DNA of 64,000 nucleotides from an uncultured Acidobacteriota bacterium. Its GTDB lineage: Bacteria > Acidobacteriota > Thermoanaerobaculia > UBA5066. The stretch spans positions 305,511 through 369,510 of the forward strand of contig CAWIUK010000010.1 of assembly GCA_963839295.1 (NCBI GenBank), in the 5' to 3' direction. Below, piece by piece: positions 42,995 through 52,094 of this stretch; the first letter of the stretch is position 1; each line of letters starts with the position of its first letter. The position numbers were made by a program, and so were the translations under genes. The notes below the pieces were generated by a model. The model did no database searches. It was not told where the DNA came from and saw nothing but the letters and a program-made list of their open reading frames with translations.

Positions 42995-44311
42995 TCACGC
43001 GGGAATCTCATCGCGGAAAAGATCGCCGAGCGTGCCCCGCCGGCGGATCAGCGTCGCCGCGTCGCCGTCCACGAGGACCTCGGCGGGGAGCGGGCGGGCG
43101 TTGTAGGTGGACGCCATCGCGAAGCCGTACGCGCCCGTGTCGAGGAAGACGACGTGGTCGCCCGCCGAAGGGAGCGGGAGCGTGCGGGCCTCGGCGAGGA
43201 TGTCGCCGGTCTCGCAGACGTCGCCCGCGACGTCGAGGAGACGCCGGGGGGCCGGCGAGGCGCTCACGACCCGCGCGCGGTGCCAGGCGCCGTAGAGCGC
43301 GGGCCTGAGAAGCGTGTTCGATCCCGCGTCCACGTTCACGAACGTCCGGAGTGGCGTGGTCTTGACGGTGTTCACGTGCGTGACGAGGAAGCCCGACGGC
43401 GCGACGAGGAAGCGCCCGGGCTCGAGCCAGAGCGCCGGCTCGTACCCGGCCGCGGCGACGCCTTCCTTCCAGATCGGCTGGAGGGCGGCCGCGAGCGTCT
43501 CGGGGCTCATCACGCGTTCGCCGTCCCGGTACGGAACGCCGATGCCGCCCCCGAGGTCGACGAACTCGAGCCGGATCCCGAGCGCCTCCCTCAGCTCCTT
43601 CACGAACGCCAGCATCTTGCGGGCGGTCTTCTCGTAGCCCGCGGGGTCTGCGATCTGCGAACCGATGTGGCAGTGGATGCCGGCGATGGCGATGCCCGGC
43701 AGATCCTTCGCGCGCGCGTAGGCGCGGAGCGCGTCGCCGCCGTCGAGGTGGACGCCGAACTTCGACTCGGGAATCCCCGTGTTGATGTGGTGGAGCGTGT
43801 CCGGGTCGACGCCGGGGTTGAGCCGGAACGAGAGCCGGACGGTCCGGCCCGCCCTCACGGCGGCGGCGGACGCCTGTTCGAGCTCGTCGCGGGAGTCCGC
43901 GTTCAGACCGGCGCCGAGCTCGATCGTCCTGGCGATCTCGGCCGGCGTCTTCGACGAGCTCGTGAAGAGGACGTCCTCGCCCCGCCATCCGGCGCGCAGG
44001 GCGGTTTCGATCTCCCCGAGCGAGACGACTTCGGGGAAGGCGCCCTCGGCGCGGAGGATCCGCCCGATCGCGAGGCTCCCGTTCGCCTTCAGCGCGTAGT
44101 GGAGCCTGAGCTTCGGGAACCGCGGCGCGAAGGCGTCCCTCAGCGCGCGGAACCCCGACGAGATGGTGGCGGCGTCGTAGACGTAGAGCGGCGTCCCGAA
44201 CTCGCCGGCGAGCCGGGCGACGGCGGAGAGGGCGGCGGGGTCGGAGGCGCGGTCGTCGCGAAGGGCTTCGAGGCCCTCGTGGAGCGTGTGCTGCGGCATC
44301 GGGAGCCGCAT
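42995..44311 (-). CDS. lysA: Diaminopimelate decarboxylase
   Basis: Group IV PLP decarboxylase motifs: HYALKAN (PLP Lys), CHIGSQ, DLGGGIGVPY and CETGD. Confidence 0.85.
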   Translation of the reverse strand: MRLPMPQHTLHEGLEALRDDRASDPAALSAVARLAGEFGTPLYVYDAATISSGFRALRDAFAPRFPKLRLHYALKANGSLAIGRILRAEGAFPEVVSLGEIETALRAGWRGEDVLFTSSSKTPAEIARTIELGAGLNADSRDELEQASAAAVRAGRTVRLSFRLNPGVDPDTLHHINTGIPESKFGVHLDGGDALRAYARAKDLPGIAIAGIHCHIGSQIADPAGYEKTARKMLAFVKELREALGIRLEFVDLGGGIGVPYRDGERVMSPETLAAALQPIWKEGVAAAGYEPALWLEPGRFLVAPSGFLVTHVNTVKTTPLRTFVNVDAGSNTLLRPALYGAWHRARVVSASPAPRRLLDVAGDVCETGDILAEARTLPLPSAGDHVVFLDTGAYGFAMASTYNARPLPAEVLVDGDAATLIRRRGTLGDLFRDEIPA

Positions 44312-44338
44312 TCTGCCACCGCCGGCGTTCGGGGTAGG

Positions 44339-44686
44339 ATGAAGGCGATGCACGTGGAAGTCCGTCGGCTCGGGGACGTCGTGATCGTGGATCTGCAGGG
44401 TCGCCTGCTCGCGGGAATCGGCGACGAGATCCTCCGGAACGTCGTGAACGAGCTTCTCGCGGAGGGCTGGAAGAAGATCCTCCTGAACCTCTCCGGCGTG
44501 ACCGCGATCGACAGCGCCGGCACGGGGGAGCTCGTCGCGAGCCTCAAGATCTGCGAAAAGTTCGACGCGAGCCTCAAGCTCCTGAACCTGCACGAGCGGG
44601 TCCGCAAGAGCCTCCACCTCTCCGAGCTCCTTCCCGTCTTCGACGTGTTCGACGACGAGACGGCGGCCCTCCAGCACTACGCCTAG
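44339..44686 (+). CDS. STAS domain anti-sigma-factor antagonist
   Basis: 115 aa. VVIVDLQGRL...LNLSGVTAIDSAGTGELV is typical of the SpoIIAA/STAS fold with the phosphorylatable Ser context. Confidence 0.8.
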   Translation: MKAMHVEVRRLGDVVIVDLQGRLLAGIGDEILRNVVNELLAEGWKKILLNLSGVTAIDSAGTGELVASLKICEKFDASLKLLNLHERVRKSLHLSELLPVFDVFDDETAALQHYA

Positions 44687-44722
44687 GAAGGTCCGCGGGG
44701 CCGGGGGGGTAGACTTCCGTCC

Positions 44723-45115
44723 GTGAGAGGCTTTCTCAGCCGCGCCGCCGTCTTCGTCCTGGTCGCGCCGCTGGCGCTGGGCGGGGCGTTCGGCCACGTC
44801 GACGGCATCGAGGCGCTCTCGCACGGCACCCAGCTCTTCGCGCCCGACCATCCGAACCATGCGCCGTTCGTCCCGCAGCCCGAGCACGCGTGCGCCGCGT
44901 GCGCCGTCGCGAACCTCCTGGCGCCCGCCCCCGCCCCCGTCTTCCTGGCGCCACCCGCGTCGCGCCCTTCTTCCGAGGCGCGCGCGGACTGCCTGCCCCC
45001 CCTCCTGCACCCCCGTCCCTTTCCGGCCGCTCGCCTCCCCCGGTCGCGTAGACGTCTTCCCGCCCGTGCGAACACGCCCGGGCCTTCGTCAACGCCTCGG
45101 AGGGAATTCCTTTGA
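44723..45115 (+). CDS. Small secreted His/Cys-rich protein (paralog of 50691-51068)
   Basis: Signal peptide ends GGAFG|HVDG. The conserved core SHGTQLFAPDHPNHAPFVPQPEHACAACAVANL is shared with the second copy. TTGA overlap with the next gene. Confidence 0.5.
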   Translation: MRGFLSRAAVFVLVAPLALGGAFGHVDGIEALSHGTQLFAPDHPNHAPFVPQPEHACAACAVANLLAPAPAPVFLAPPASRPSSEARADCLPPLLHPRPFPAARLPRSRRRLPARANTPGPSSTPRREFL

Positions 45116-46206
45116 AAGTAGAGAGAAGCAGGCGCTCCGCTCCGCGCCTCGTCCTGTTCGCAGAAATCTTCTTCTTCTCGCTTGCGGCCGGTTCGGCGGG
45201 CGCCCAGACCGCCCAGACGGGAAACGTCTTCAACCCGAACATCTCCGTGATCGGCGACGTGCTCGGCTGGGTCGGGCACAACCCGGTCGACAACCAGCCG
45301 AGCCTCGAACTGCACGAAGCCGAGATCGGCCTGCAGGCGATCGTCGACCCATACGCCCGCGCGGACTTCTTCGTGACGTTCGGGAGCCAGACGGGCGACG
45401 TCTCCATCGAGGAGGGCTACATCACCTTCCTGAACCTCCCCGGCGACTTCCTCGTGAAGGCCGGGAAGCTCAAGGGCGCGTTCGGGAAGGTCAACACGGA
45501 ACACCTCCACGTCCGCCTCTTCGCGGACACGCCCCTCTTCATGACGAACCTCCTCGGCACGGAGGACGGGATCGAGGACGCGGGCGTCTCGGTCTCGCGG
45601 CTCATCCCGATGCCGGCCGAGATCTTCCTCGAGGCGACCGCGCAGCTCTTCCAGGGGACGTCGACGGAACTCTTTCAGGCGCACAGCCGCAACGACGTCG
45701 AGCCCCTCTTCCATCTCAAGGCGTACCGCGACCTGTCCGAGTCGACGAACCTCGAGATCGGGGGCTCATGGACGCGCGCGAACAACCTCGAGGGGCCGGG
45801 CTTCACCACGGCGCTCACCGGTGTCGACGCGACGCTCCACTGGAAGCCCCTCCAGCAGGGCCTCTACCATTCCGTCCTCGTGCGGGGCGAGTGGATGCTC
45901 TCCGATCGCCAGATGGCCTCCGGGACGACGGTCCACGCGGCGGGCGGGTACCTCCTCGGACAGGTCCAGCTCGGCAGGCGCTGGTTCGCGGGCTGGCGCC
46001 ACGACGAGTGCGACCACGGCGACGACGCCTCGCTCCACGACCGGGGCGACTCGGCGATCCTGACGTTCTGGCCGTCGGAGTTCTCGCAGGTCCGCACCCA
46101 GCTCCGCCGCAACCGGTACGAGCGCACGGACGGCGCCGTGACGGCGACCGAGCTCCTCATCCAGCTCCAGTTCGTCATCGGCGCGCACGGCGCGCATCCG
46201 TTCTAG
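45112..46206 (+). CDS. Outer-membrane beta-barrel (porin-like) protein
   Basis: Signal peptide, alternating beta-strand pattern, C-terminal aromatic residue (…GAHPF). Confidence 0.55.
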   Translation: MKVERSRRSAPRLVLFAEIFFFSLAAGSAGAQTAQTGNVFNPNISVIGDVLGWVGHNPVDNQPSLELHEAEIGLQAIVDPYARADFFVTFGSQTGDVSIEEGYITFLNLPGDFLVKAGKLKGAFGKVNTEHLHVRLFADTPLFMTNLLGTEDGIEDAGVSVSRLIPMPAEIFLEATAQLFQGTSTELFQAHSRNDVEPLFHLKAYRDLSESTNLEIGGSWTRANNLEGPGFTTALTGVDATLHWKPLQQGLYHSVLVRGEWMLSDRQMASGTTVHAAGGYLLGQVQLGRRWFAGWRHDECDHGDDASLHDRGDSAILTFWPSEFSQVRTQLRRNRYERTDGAVTATELLIQLQFVIGAHGAHPF

Positions 46207-46211
46207 GGAGA

Positions 46212-46268
46212 AAGAAGATGAAGATGAAGACGAAGAAAAGAGAAGATTTTCCGAGAAGGTCAATGGGG
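46212..46268 (+). repeat. Low-GC dispersed repeat, copy E
   Basis: AAGAAGATGAAGATGAAGACGAAGAAAAGAGAAGATTTTCCGAGAAGGTCAATGGGG. The 21-mer at 46228-46248 is identical to 63978-63998. Confidence 0.65.
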
Positions 46269-47267
46269 CCGCTCGCACAGGCCAAGGCAGCGCCAGGCGG
46301 CGCCGTCGGCGCGGCGTGCATCGGGCACCTTCTCAGAAATCTCTCCCTGTTCCCTCTCTCGTTCTCCCTCTTGCTCATCGTCTCGGCGCTCCTCGCGCCT
46401 GCCGCCGAGGCGAAGAAGCTGAAGGTCGTCACGACGCTGTCGGACTTCGCGTCGCTCGCGGCGACGATCGGCGGGGACCGCGTCGAGGCCGAGTCGATCG
46501 CGAAGGGCTACCAGGATCCGCACTTCGTCGAGCCGAAGCCGTCCTTCATCCTGAAGCTGCACGACGCGGACATGCTGGTCGTCGCGGGCCTCGAGCTCGA
46601 GATCGGCTACCTGCCGCCGCTCCTCGACCAGGCGCGCAACGAGAAGATCCGGCCGACGGGCGCGGGGTACCTCGACGCGTCCGTCGGGTGCGACATCCTC
46701 GACCGGCCCACGGGGCAGGTCACTCGCGCGATGGGCGACGTGCACCCGTACGGGAACCCGCACTACTGGCTCGACCCGAACAACGGGCGCGTGATCGCGC
46801 GCGCGATCGCCGCGAAGCTCACGGCGCTCGACCCGTCGGGCGCGGCGGCATTCGCGAAGAACCTCGCGGACTTCGAGGCGGTTCTGACGGCCGCCGAGGC
46901 CCGCTGGACGGCGCGCCTCGCCCCGTTCAAGGGGACGAAGATCGTCACGTACCACGCATCGTGGCCGAACTTCGCGAAGGCGTTTTCCCTCGACGTCGTC
47001 GGGTTTCTCGAGCCGAAGCCGGGCATCCCGCCGACGCCGCAGCACAAGCTCGAGATCATCAACCTCATGAACGCGCAGAAGGTCCCGATCATCCTCATGG
47101 AGGTCTACTTCGACAAGAAAGACCCGGACTTCGTCGCGTCGAAGACGGGCGCGACGGTCGTCGTGATCCCGCCGTCCGTCGGCGGCGTGCCGGCCGCGAA
47201 GGACTACATCTCGCTCTTCGACGTCGACGTCGAGAAGATCGCCACCGCGCTGGAGAAGAGGAAATGA
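46218..47267 (+). CDS. znuA: Metal (Zn/Mn) ABC transporter substrate-binding protein, ZnuA/TroA family
   Basis: DPHFVEPKPS, GDVHPYGNPHYWLDP and YHASWPNF motifs. The start is uncertain (46218 or 46263) because the N-terminus is built from repeat copies. Confidence 0.8.
   Translation: MKMKTKKREDFPRRSMGPLAQAKAAPGGAVGAACIGHLLRNLSLFPLSFSLLLIVSALLAPAAEAKKLKVVTTLSDFASLAATIGGDRVEAESIAKGYQDPHFVEPKPSFILKLHDADMLVVAGLELEIGYLPPLLDQARNEKIRPTGAGYLDASVGCDILDRPTGQVTRAMGDVHPYGNPHYWLDPNNGRVIARAIAAKLTALDPSGAAAFAKNLADFEAVLTAAEARWTARLAPFKGTKIVTYHASWPNFAKAFSLDVVGFLEPKPGIPPTPQHKLEIINLMNAQKVPIILMEVYFDKKDPDFVASKTGATVVVIPPSVGGVPAAKDYISLFDVDVEKIATALEKRK
46326..46376 (-). repeat. Low-GC dispersed repeat, copy E2 (inverted partner of E)
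   Basis: CACCTTCTCAGAAATCTCTCCCTGTTCCCTCTCTCGTTCTCCCTCTTGCTC. The reverse complement aligns with copy A over AAGAGGGAGA...GATTTCTNAGAAGGTG. Confidence 0.6.
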
Positions 47268-48103
47268 CCGTCTTCGAGATCCTTTTGCCCGCGTTCGTCG
47301 CGAGCCTCATCCTGACCGGAATCCACTCCTACCTCGGCGTCCACGTCGTCGAGCGGGGCGTCATCTTCGTCGACCTCTCGCTCGCGCAGATCGCGGCGCT
47401 CGGCGGGACGGTCGGGTACCTCGCGGGTTACGAGATGCACTCGAACGGCGCGTACGTGTTCTCGCTCGCGTTCACGCTCCTCGGCGCCGCGATCTTCGCC
47501 TTCACGAAGACGCACCGGAAGACGCGGATCCCGCAGGAGGCGATCATCGGCATCGCGTACGCGGTCTCGGCGGCGCTCGCGGTCCTCGTCATGTCCAAGG
47601 CGACGCGCGAGACCGAGCACCTCAAGGAGATGCTCGTCGGGAACATCCTGTCGACGTCCTGGTCCGACCTGGGCAAGACGGCGGTGCTGTACGCGCTCGT
47701 CGGGGCGTTCCACTTCGTCTTCCGCGAGCGCTTCCTCCTGATCTCGCGCAACGAGCCCGAGGCCGTCCGACGGGGCTGGAACGTCAGGTTCTGGGACTTC
47801 CTCTTTTACGCGTCGTTCGGGTTCGTCGTGACGAGCTCGGTCGCGATCGCGGGCGTTCTCCTCGTGTTTTCGTTCCTGATCGTGCCGTCCGTCGCCGCGA
47901 TGCTCTTCTCCGAGCGCCTGGGCGTGCGCCTCGCGATCGGCTGGACGATGGGCGTCATCGTGTCTGCTGTCGGAGTCTGGCTCTCGTTCACGCTCGACCT
48001 CCCGACAGGCGCGGCGATCGTCGCGACGTTCGGGGCGGCCCTCCTGGTCCTCGCGGCCGTCCGCCGGTTCGTCCCCGGTCCGTGGAGGACCGCCGCAGCC
48101 TAG
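47264..48103 (+). CDS. znuB: Metal ABC transporter permease (ABC-3/ZnuB family)
   Basis: ATGA overlap with znuA. 279 aa, 8-9 TM helices. N-terminus ILLPAFVASLILTGIHSYLGVHVVERGVIFVDLSLAQIAALG is typical of ZnuB. Confidence 0.85.
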   Translation: MTVFEILLPAFVASLILTGIHSYLGVHVVERGVIFVDLSLAQIAALGGTVGYLAGYEMHSNGAYVFSLAFTLLGAAIFAFTKTHRKTRIPQEAIIGIAYAVSAALAVLVMSKATRETEHLKEMLVGNILSTSWSDLGKTAVLYALVGAFHFVFRERFLLISRNEPEAVRRGWNVRFWDFLFYASFGFVVTSSVAIAGVLLVFSFLIVPSVAAMLFSERLGVRLAIGWTMGVIVSAVGVWLSFTLDLPTGAAIVATFGAALLVLAAVRRFVPGPWRTAAA

Positions 48104-48140
48104 GAGGCACGGCCGCGGCGGCCCAGAGAGCCTCTCGTTC

Positions 48141-50582
48141 TTAGAATGCGTACTTGACGCGTCCCGCAAACGTGCGCGGCGGGATCACGTGCGTTCCTCC
48201 GAACGTGGACAGGAAGTTGTAGAGGCCCTGAGCGTCGAAGGCGTTGAGGAGGTCGAACTGGAGTTCGGCCGGGATCCCGTACTTCTGGAGCCGGGCTCCG
48301 AGGGAGAAGCTCCAGACCGTGCGGGACTTGACCCGCTGCGGATCCTCGTTGTAGCGGATGTAGGGGTCCGCGTAGGCCGTGTCCGGGCTCGAGAGAACGT
48401 CCGCGGGCGCACCCGCGTCCGTCACGAGACCGGAGTCGTAACGCTGGGTCATGCCCGCCCAGAAGCCCGTCTTTCCGAGGTCGTAGAAGAGTCCGACCTG
48501 CTCCTGGATGTCCTGATCGTGGTCGATGAGGAAGCAGCCTCCCTGGAAGGAGCTGAGGGCGTCGGAAGACAGGAAGAGGCCTCCGACGAAGGGGTTGCAG
48601 TACTCCGCGTGCACGTGGCCGACGGACGCGTACCCGTGCAGCCCCCCGAGGACGGGCGCGAGGTCGAGGCGCAGGTTCCAGCCCTGCAGGTAGCCGGTCG
48701 CGAAGTTGAGCGGGAAGACGATTCCCGTGTTGAAGAACTGGTCCTGGTCGGCCGCGTTGTGGACGCGCCGGTACCAGAGCGAGCCGTCGAATCGCAGCTT
48801 CGACCCAATTCCCTGCTGGACGCCGAAGTTCCACACGTCGTGGCGCTCGGAAACGTTGTAGAGCTGGCCGTTCCCGAGACCCTGGCTGTCCTGGATATCG
48901 GGCGGCGTGATCGACGCCGCCTGCGCGGACGAGGAGATCAGGATGTTCTCGTACTCGGGCGTGATGAACATCCGGTTGTAGGACGCGCGGAAGACGGTGT
49001 TCGTGGCCTTCAGGAAATAGGCAGCGCCGATTCGCGGGGCGAGCTGGTGCTCGGACACAAAAAGGTCGTTGTGGTCGTACCGGACGCCCACGTTCACCGT
49101 CAGGTCCTTCCAACGGATGTTGTCCTGGACGAACCCGGCGACATACGTGCCGGTGTCCGAGCCCGTGAAGAGGAACGGGCTCCCGCCGCGCGAGCCGTCG
49201 TAGGGCAGAAGGTTCGGGTTGTAACCGTCCATGGTCGGGTCGTTGTAGGAGGGATCCGTGATCAGGAACGAGAACTGCTCCTTGATCGGGAAGCGCTTGA
49301 GCTGGACCCCCGCCTTGAGCTCGTGGATTCCGACGGCGTCCGAGAGCGACAGGTTGATCCCCTGGTTCGCGAGCGAGCGGTTCTGGGACGCCTCGACGGG
49401 CGTGTCGTACGGGGACGAATACAGCGTGAGCCTATTGTCACGGGCGTAGACCTGCCCGTCGAGGATGAGCCCGTTCCCGAGGACGTTTTCGTACCCGAGG
49501 TTCAGGTTCCAGTCGTTCGAAACGACCTTCTGGTCCTGTCCCGCCGCTTCCTGGGAGGGGAGGTTCGTCACGTCGCGATCCGTTCGGCCGATGTTCCCTG
49601 TCAGGCGCCAGTTGCTCGCCGAATCCGCGGCGACGCCGTCGAGGCGCAGGAACGCGCGCAGCGTGCTGCCCGTGTTGTGGAAGTTGTCGAACGACACGGG
49701 GTCGAGGAAGCGGTCGGAGCGCGACGCATCGACGTCGGTGAACCACCCGAACCGGTCGTCGCCGCCGCCCGCGGACGCGGAGCCGGACGCGGTCTTGAAG
49801 CTCGCCGCGCCGAGCGACACCTCTCCCTTCGTCCCGCCCGAGCCGAGGCCCGAGCGCGTCGTGAGGTTGATGACGCCGTTCGCCTTTTCCCCGTATTCGG
49901 CCGGGATGCCGCCGGTGATGATCTCGATGCCCTCGGCGATGTCCGGGTTGAGCGAGTTCGAGAACGTGATCCCGACCTGGTCGCCGATGGGCTGGCCGTC
50001 GATCACGAGGAGCTGCTGGGAGTGGCCGCCCTGGAAGTGGTAACGGCCGTTCTCGTCGGCCGAGAATCCGGGAGCCGAGGTCACGATCGACTCGAAGGCG
50101 CGCCCCGGCATCGCCGCGGCGGTCTGCCGGATGAGCGACTTGTCGATGTCGGTGTGCGTCATGGACGTGTCGCTCTCGAGCTCGACACCTTCCGCCTCGG
50201 CGTGGACGGCTTCGGTGGCGGTCACGCCGAACCTCAAGACGACGTCTTTCACGACGGGGGCGCCGCCGCGCACGTCGATGTCCGCGTGGTAGGGCTCGAA
50301 GCCCTGTACCTGGACCGTCAGGTGGTACGGGTTCGGAGGAACGTTGTAGAGAAGATACATTCCGTCCGGCCCGGTCTTCGCCTCCTGCCGGTGCCCGCTG
50401 AAGTCGTTGGCGAGAACGACGACGACAGCGGGCATCGGCTGGCCGTCGGGACCGGTCACGCGGCCGCGCACCTGGCTCGGAGTCGGCGCGGCGGACGCGA
50501 GGCGCGCGGCCATTGCGAGCGACGCGACCGCGAAAAGAATGACGAGAGACGAGGCGCTTCGCGCCGTTCTGCGAATGAACAT
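48141..50582 (-). CDS. TonB-dependent receptor with N-terminal carboxypeptidase-regulatory-like domain
   Basis: Signal peptide, a CarboxypepD_reg-like beta-sandwich, a plug domain (IEIITGGIPAEYG), a long barrel, and the C-terminal KYAF. Confidence 0.85.
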   Translation of the reverse strand: MFIRRTARSASSLVILFAVASLAMAARLASAAPTPSQVRGRVTGPDGQPMPAVVVVLANDFSGHRQEAKTGPDGMYLLYNVPPNPYHLTVQVQGFEPYHADIDVRGGAPVVKDVVLRFGVTATEAVHAEAEGVELESDTSMTHTDIDKSLIRQTAAAMPGRAFESIVTSAPGFSADENGRYHFQGGHSQQLLVIDGQPIGDQVGITFSNSLNPDIAEGIEIITGGIPAEYGEKANGVINLTTRSGLGSGGTKGEVSLGAASFKTASGSASAGGGDDRFGWFTDVDASRSDRFLDPVSFDNFHNTGSTLRAFLRLDGVAADSASNWRLTGNIGRTDRDVTNLPSQEAAGQDQKVVSNDWNLNLGYENVLGNGLILDGQVYARDNRLTLYSSPYDTPVEASQNRSLANQGINLSLSDAVGIHELKAGVQLKRFPIKEQFSFLITDPSYNDPTMDGYNPNLLPYDGSRGGSPFLFTGSDTGTYVAGFVQDNIRWKDLTVNVGVRYDHNDLFVSEHQLAPRIGAAYFLKATNTVFRASYNRMFITPEYENILISSSAQAASITPPDIQDSQGLGNGQLYNVSERHDVWNFGVQQGIGSKLRFDGSLWYRRVHNAADQDQFFNTGIVFPLNFATGYLQGWNLRLDLAPVLGGLHGYASVGHVHAEYCNPFVGGLFLSSDALSSFQGGCFLIDHDQDIQEQVGLFYDLGKTGFWAGMTQRYDSGLVTDAGAPADVLSSPDTAYADPYIRYNEDPQRVKSRTVWSFSLGARLQKYGIPAELQFDLLNAFDAQGLYNFLSTFGGTHVIPPRTFAGRVKYAF

Positions 50583-50655
50583 GAGAATGCGGCCTCCTGT
50601 GCCGTGCGGGCTGCGCGTCGCCAGCGGCGAACGCCGCGGGCTCCGCGAAGCGCGG

Positions 50656-50683
50656 AAATCACCTTCTAGGAAAATCTCTGGGT
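50656..50683 (-). repeat. Low-GC dispersed repeat, copy G
   Basis: AAATCACCTTCTAGGAAAATCTCTGGG. It lies about 85 nt upstream of the TonB-receptor start on its coding strand. Confidence 0.65.
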
Positions 50684-50690
50684 GACTCGG

Positions 50691-51068
50691 CTACGCCGCA
50701 AGGACAGGAGGAGAACGGCCGGGAAGCTCGGGAAGAGTGAGGGGGGGCGCCGCGCGCTCGACGTCAACCGCCGGAGCGAGGCGGATCTGGGGCGGAACGA
50801 GGTACACGGGAGCGGCCGCAGGCGGCACGAGGTTCGCCACCGCGCAGGCCGCACAGGGATGCTCTTTCTCGGGGACGAACGGAGCGTGGGCCGGATGATC
50901 GGGCGGGAAGAAGAACGTGCCGTGCGAGAGGACCTCGAAGCCGTCCACGTGGGAGAACGCGCCGCCGAGGACCAGCGGTGCGAGGGCCGCGAGGACGAGA
51001 ATCCGGAAGAGCCGCCGCCGGGTCACGGTTGAGATTCTATCGCGCCCGCGCGGCGGCTCCACCGCCAA
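50691..51068 (-). CDS. Small secreted His/Cys-rich protein (paralog of 44723-45115)
   Basis: The core GGAFS|HVDGFEVLSHGTFFFPPDHPAHAPFVPEKEHPCAACAVANL is ~65% identical to the other copy over ~60 aa. An alternative GTG start at 51026 gives a cleaner signal peptide. Confidence 0.5.
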   Translation of the reverse strand: MAVEPPRGRDRISTVTRRRLFRILVLAALAPLVLGGAFSHVDGFEVLSHGTFFFPPDHPAHAPFVPEKEHPCAACAVANLVPPAAAPVYLVPPQIRLAPAVDVERAAPPLTLPELPGRSPPVLAA

Positions 51069-51069
51069 C

Positions 51070-52071
51070 CTAGAAATCGTAGGAGATCTGGGCCTTCAGG
51101 AACGCCGGCGCGACGAGTTGCCCGGACTTGTCGCTCCCGCTTGGCGCGGCGTTCGTGTACTGGTAAATGGGGAATTCGACGTCGGCGTAGAGCCGGACCT
51201 TCCCGAGCCGCGCCTCGACGCCGGGTGCGAGCAGAAGGCGCTTGTAGCCCGAGTTGTCCGGGTCGGATGCGGCGCCGCTGTCGCGCTCGCGGTAGCTGCC
51301 GATCAGCTGCAGTACCGGGGTGATCCTCGTTTGCGATCCTCTCGTCCCGAGGCTCCAGGTCAGCCCGAGGGCGCCGTTGAGGTCGTTGCCGGGCCGATAG
51401 TCGTTCCGGGGGAGGAACGCGAACTGGTATCTCGCCTGCACGAACCACGCGAGCGAGTCGTCCGCGTTGATTCCGCCTACGTGATACGCGCCGAGCACGA
51501 GATCGGTACTGCCGGTGCCGGGCAGCGTGTCGCGGTCGAATTCCGACCCGCCGAGCGGACCGTTCGGCCCCGTGTAGTTGCCCGTCGGGAGCTTCACCCC
51601 AAGGCTCAGTCCGGTCGAGCGGTCCTCGGAAAGCCCCGTGTAAATCCCCATGAGGGTCATATCGCCGAGGTCGGTCAGATTCGCGGTGTAGAGGCTGCCT
51701 GCCGGCCCGGCGACGCTGCCGTCGTCGGTCGACGTGAACTGCCGGGCGTAGATCGGGAGCTCGAGCATCACCGACCACGAGCGGTTGATCATGACGTTGC
51801 CACCGAACGTGTAGAAGCTGGTCTTGATCTGAACGTCCGGGTTGTCCGAGGCCGGCGCCTTGGAGCTGCCCGCCCAGTTCTGGTTCTGGTTCACGTAGCT
51901 GTAGCGGAACCAGAGCGAGAAGCCGGTCTCGGAGTTGACCGGCATCATGGTGCCGGCGCCGACGTCGAAGACGCTGCACCCGCAGGCGCAGGCGAGGACG
52001 GCGTTCGGGGCGAGAAAGAGAAAAGCGGTGAAGACGAGGCACAGAAAACGAAACACGCTGGACGTTTTCAC
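51070..52071 (-). CDS. Outer-membrane beta-barrel protein with Cys cluster at mature N-terminus
   Basis: GGAG lies upstream of the GTG at 52071. The signal or lipobox-like sequence ends VLA|CACGCSVFDVG. Alternating beta-strand pattern and C-terminal ISYDF. Confidence 0.6.
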   Translation of the reverse strand: MKTSSVFRFLCLVFTAFLFLAPNAVLACACGCSVFDVGAGTMMPVNSETGFSLWFRYSYVNQNQNWAGSSKAPASDNPDVQIKTSFYTFGGNVMINRSWSVMLELPIYARQFTSTDDGSVAGPAGSLYTANLTDLGDMTLMGIYTGLSEDRSTGLSLGVKLPTGNYTGPNGPLGGSEFDRDTLPGTGSTDLVLGAYHVGGINADDSLAWFVQARYQFAFLPRNDYRPGNDLNGALGLTWSLGTRGSQTRITPVLQLIGSYRERDSGAASDPDNSGYKRLLLAPGVEARLGKVRLYADVEFPIYQYTNAAPSGSDKSGQLVAPAFLKAQISYDF

Positions 52072-52094
52072 GAAGCAGGTCTCCTTCTGGGGAA

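Noticed and set aside
48141-48146. TTCTAA / TTCTAG at the 3' ends of 48141-50582, 51070-52071 and 61576-62796, counted as repeat copies
   Set aside because: For the two outer-membrane proteins this is simply the conserved C-terminal Phe codon plus stop. Only the 48138 site extends to the full 9-mer, so I list it as a weak relative only.
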